This document shows, in pieces, positions 62,778-64,000 of a stretch of 64,000 nucleotides of DNA (position 1 is the first letter of the stretch; every line of letters starts with the position of its first letter). A program made the translations under genes and the position numbers. The DNA lies in NCBI GenBank assembly GCA_963801605.1, contig CAWDFP010000006.1, forward strand, positions 64,001 through 128,000. Reading direction: 5' to 3'. This stretch comes from an uncultured candidate division Zixibacteria bacterium (GTDB lineage Bacteria; Zixibacteria; MSB-5A5; UBA10806). The notes beneath the pieces were generated by a model. The model searched no databases and was not told where the DNA came from. It saw only the letters and a program-made list of their open reading frames with translations.

Positions 62778-64000
62778 TTATTTTTCTTTGTCAGGCTTAA
62801 TTTCGGCACTCAAATTGTTTCGCTTCAAAATCCGCTGAAGCTGCTTGCGATGCAGGCCTCCCAAACGGGCAGCCTCGGAGATATTGTGGTCACTCCTGTC
62901 CAGTAGATTTCTGGCAAATTCGGTTTCCAGGGGCGATATGACCTCGCGCCAGAGCCGTCGTTTGAGTTCCTCGAGCTCCTTGCCGTTGGCGGGAAGTTCA
63001 GTTTTATCGGAGCCACCGCGACGCTTGATCGAATCAGAAAGTTCATTGGCCGTGAGGGTATCCCCTTTGCAGAGAACCACAGCGCGTTCGATTACATTTT
63101 CAAGTTCGCGTACATTCCCGGGGAACGTATATCCTTTTAGATAGGACATCGCCAGAGCATCGATTCCGATAATATTTTTGCTATTCTTAAGCGAATATTT
63201 TTTTATGAAATGAGATACCAGAAGCTCGATTTCGCCGGTGCGCTCCATCAGCGGCGGAAGCTTGATCGCAATAACATTGATGCGATAGAAAAGATCATCG
63301 CGGAATTCTTCGGTTTCAACCATTTTGGCGAGATCTTTTTTAGTGGCGGAGATAATCCGCACGTCAGCCATCTTCACACCGGTTGATCCCAGCGGTTCAA
63401 ATTCGTGGGACTGTAAAAATCTTAGCAGCTTAACCTGCAATAGCGGCGGGAGTTCGCCGATCTCATCCAAAAAAATCGTGCCGCCGTTGGCTTGTTCAAC
63501 CCGTCCGGGTTTTCGTCCCACGGCGCCGGTGAAAGCGCCTTTTTCGTAACCGAAAAGCTCCGACTCCAACAGCGTTTCCGGGATGGCGGCGCAGTTGATC
63601 GTAACGAAAGGGCTGTCTTTGCGTTTGGAATTAAAATGCAGGGCGCGCGCCAGCAGCTCTTTGCCCGTACCGGATTCACCCTCGATAAGAACCGCGCTAT
63701 CGGATTCGGCAACGTCAGCGACGACCGAGAGGACTCTGGCCATCTCAGGAGAGTTGCCGATGATCTCGTCAAACTTGCATTTGCCGCGCAAATCAACCAT
63801 GAGGCTTTCGCCTTCGGAAATAAGATTCGATGAGTTGAGCGCCGGTTTGAGAGTCTGCCAGATTTGTTCGGATAAAATTTTGAGAAGTTCCATATCGGCT
63901 TTGGTGAAAGCGCTTTTGATTCGGACGGCGTGCAAAAGCCCGGTGACTTCATCTCCCGATTTCAACGGCACGCAAACGGTGCATCCCATCTCGGAGTCGT
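62778..64000 (-). CDS. Sigma54-dependent enhancer-binding protein (GAF-like, AAA+, Fis HTH), 5' end beyond the window
   Basis: 'GESGTGKEL','ESELFG','GAFTGA','FLDEIGE','FRDDLFYR','PGNVRELEN','NISEAARLGG'. Confidence 0.95.
   Translation of the reverse strand, partial: DSEMGCTVCVPLKSGDEVTGLLHAVRIKSAFTKADMELLKILSEQIWQTLKPALNSSNLISEGESLMVDLRGKCKFDEIIGNSPEMARVLSVVADVAESDSAVLIEGESGTGKELLARALHFNSKRKDSPFVTINCAAIPETLLESELFGYEKGAFTGAVGRKPGRVEQANGGTIFLDEIGELPPLLQVKLLRFLQSHEFEPLGSTGVKMADVRIISATKKDLAKMVETEEFRDDLFYRINVIAIKLPPLMERTGEIELLVSHFIKKYSLKNSKNIIGIDALAMSYLKGYTFPGNVRELENVIERAVVLCKGDTLTANELSDSIKRRGGSDKTELPANGKELEELKRRLWREVISPLETEFARNLLDRSDHNISEAARLGGLHRKQLQRILKRNNLSAEIKPDKEK

Overview
Bacterial chromosomal window. 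Four secreted proteins ending in a NYPNPFN C-terminal domain, together with waaF, suggest a diderm, probably anaerobic FCB-related lineage such as Zixibacteria (inference only). Layout: (1) TetR gene, att-like repeats and tmRNA (tag ANDYSYALAA); (2) NlpC/P60 genes and ahpC; (3) a ~28 kb nucleobase-catabolism region with an XdhC chaperone, three xanthine-dehydrogenase-family molybdoenzyme sets, MocA, PreTA, SsnA-like, hydantoinase, YgeW-like carbamoyltransferase, two PLP enzymes, cyclase, FdrA/DUF1116/DUF2877, a thiolase-fold protein lacking its nucleophile Cys, DUF35 and a GNAT-like protein; (4) a tandem array of secreted proteins, three of them S8 proteases; (5) housekeeping genes (waaF, murJ, rpsT, geranylgeranyl reductase plus ferredoxin, SWIB, corC-like, ybeY, HDIG, phoH, aspS, hisS, VanZ-family); (6) a sigma54 activator followed by a consensus sigma54 promoter, a degenerate GxxExxY gene and a 22-aa Lys/Ala histone-H1-like micro-ORF missing from the ORF track. 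Many single-base frameshifts, including one in hisS, most likely reflect sequencing or assembly error.
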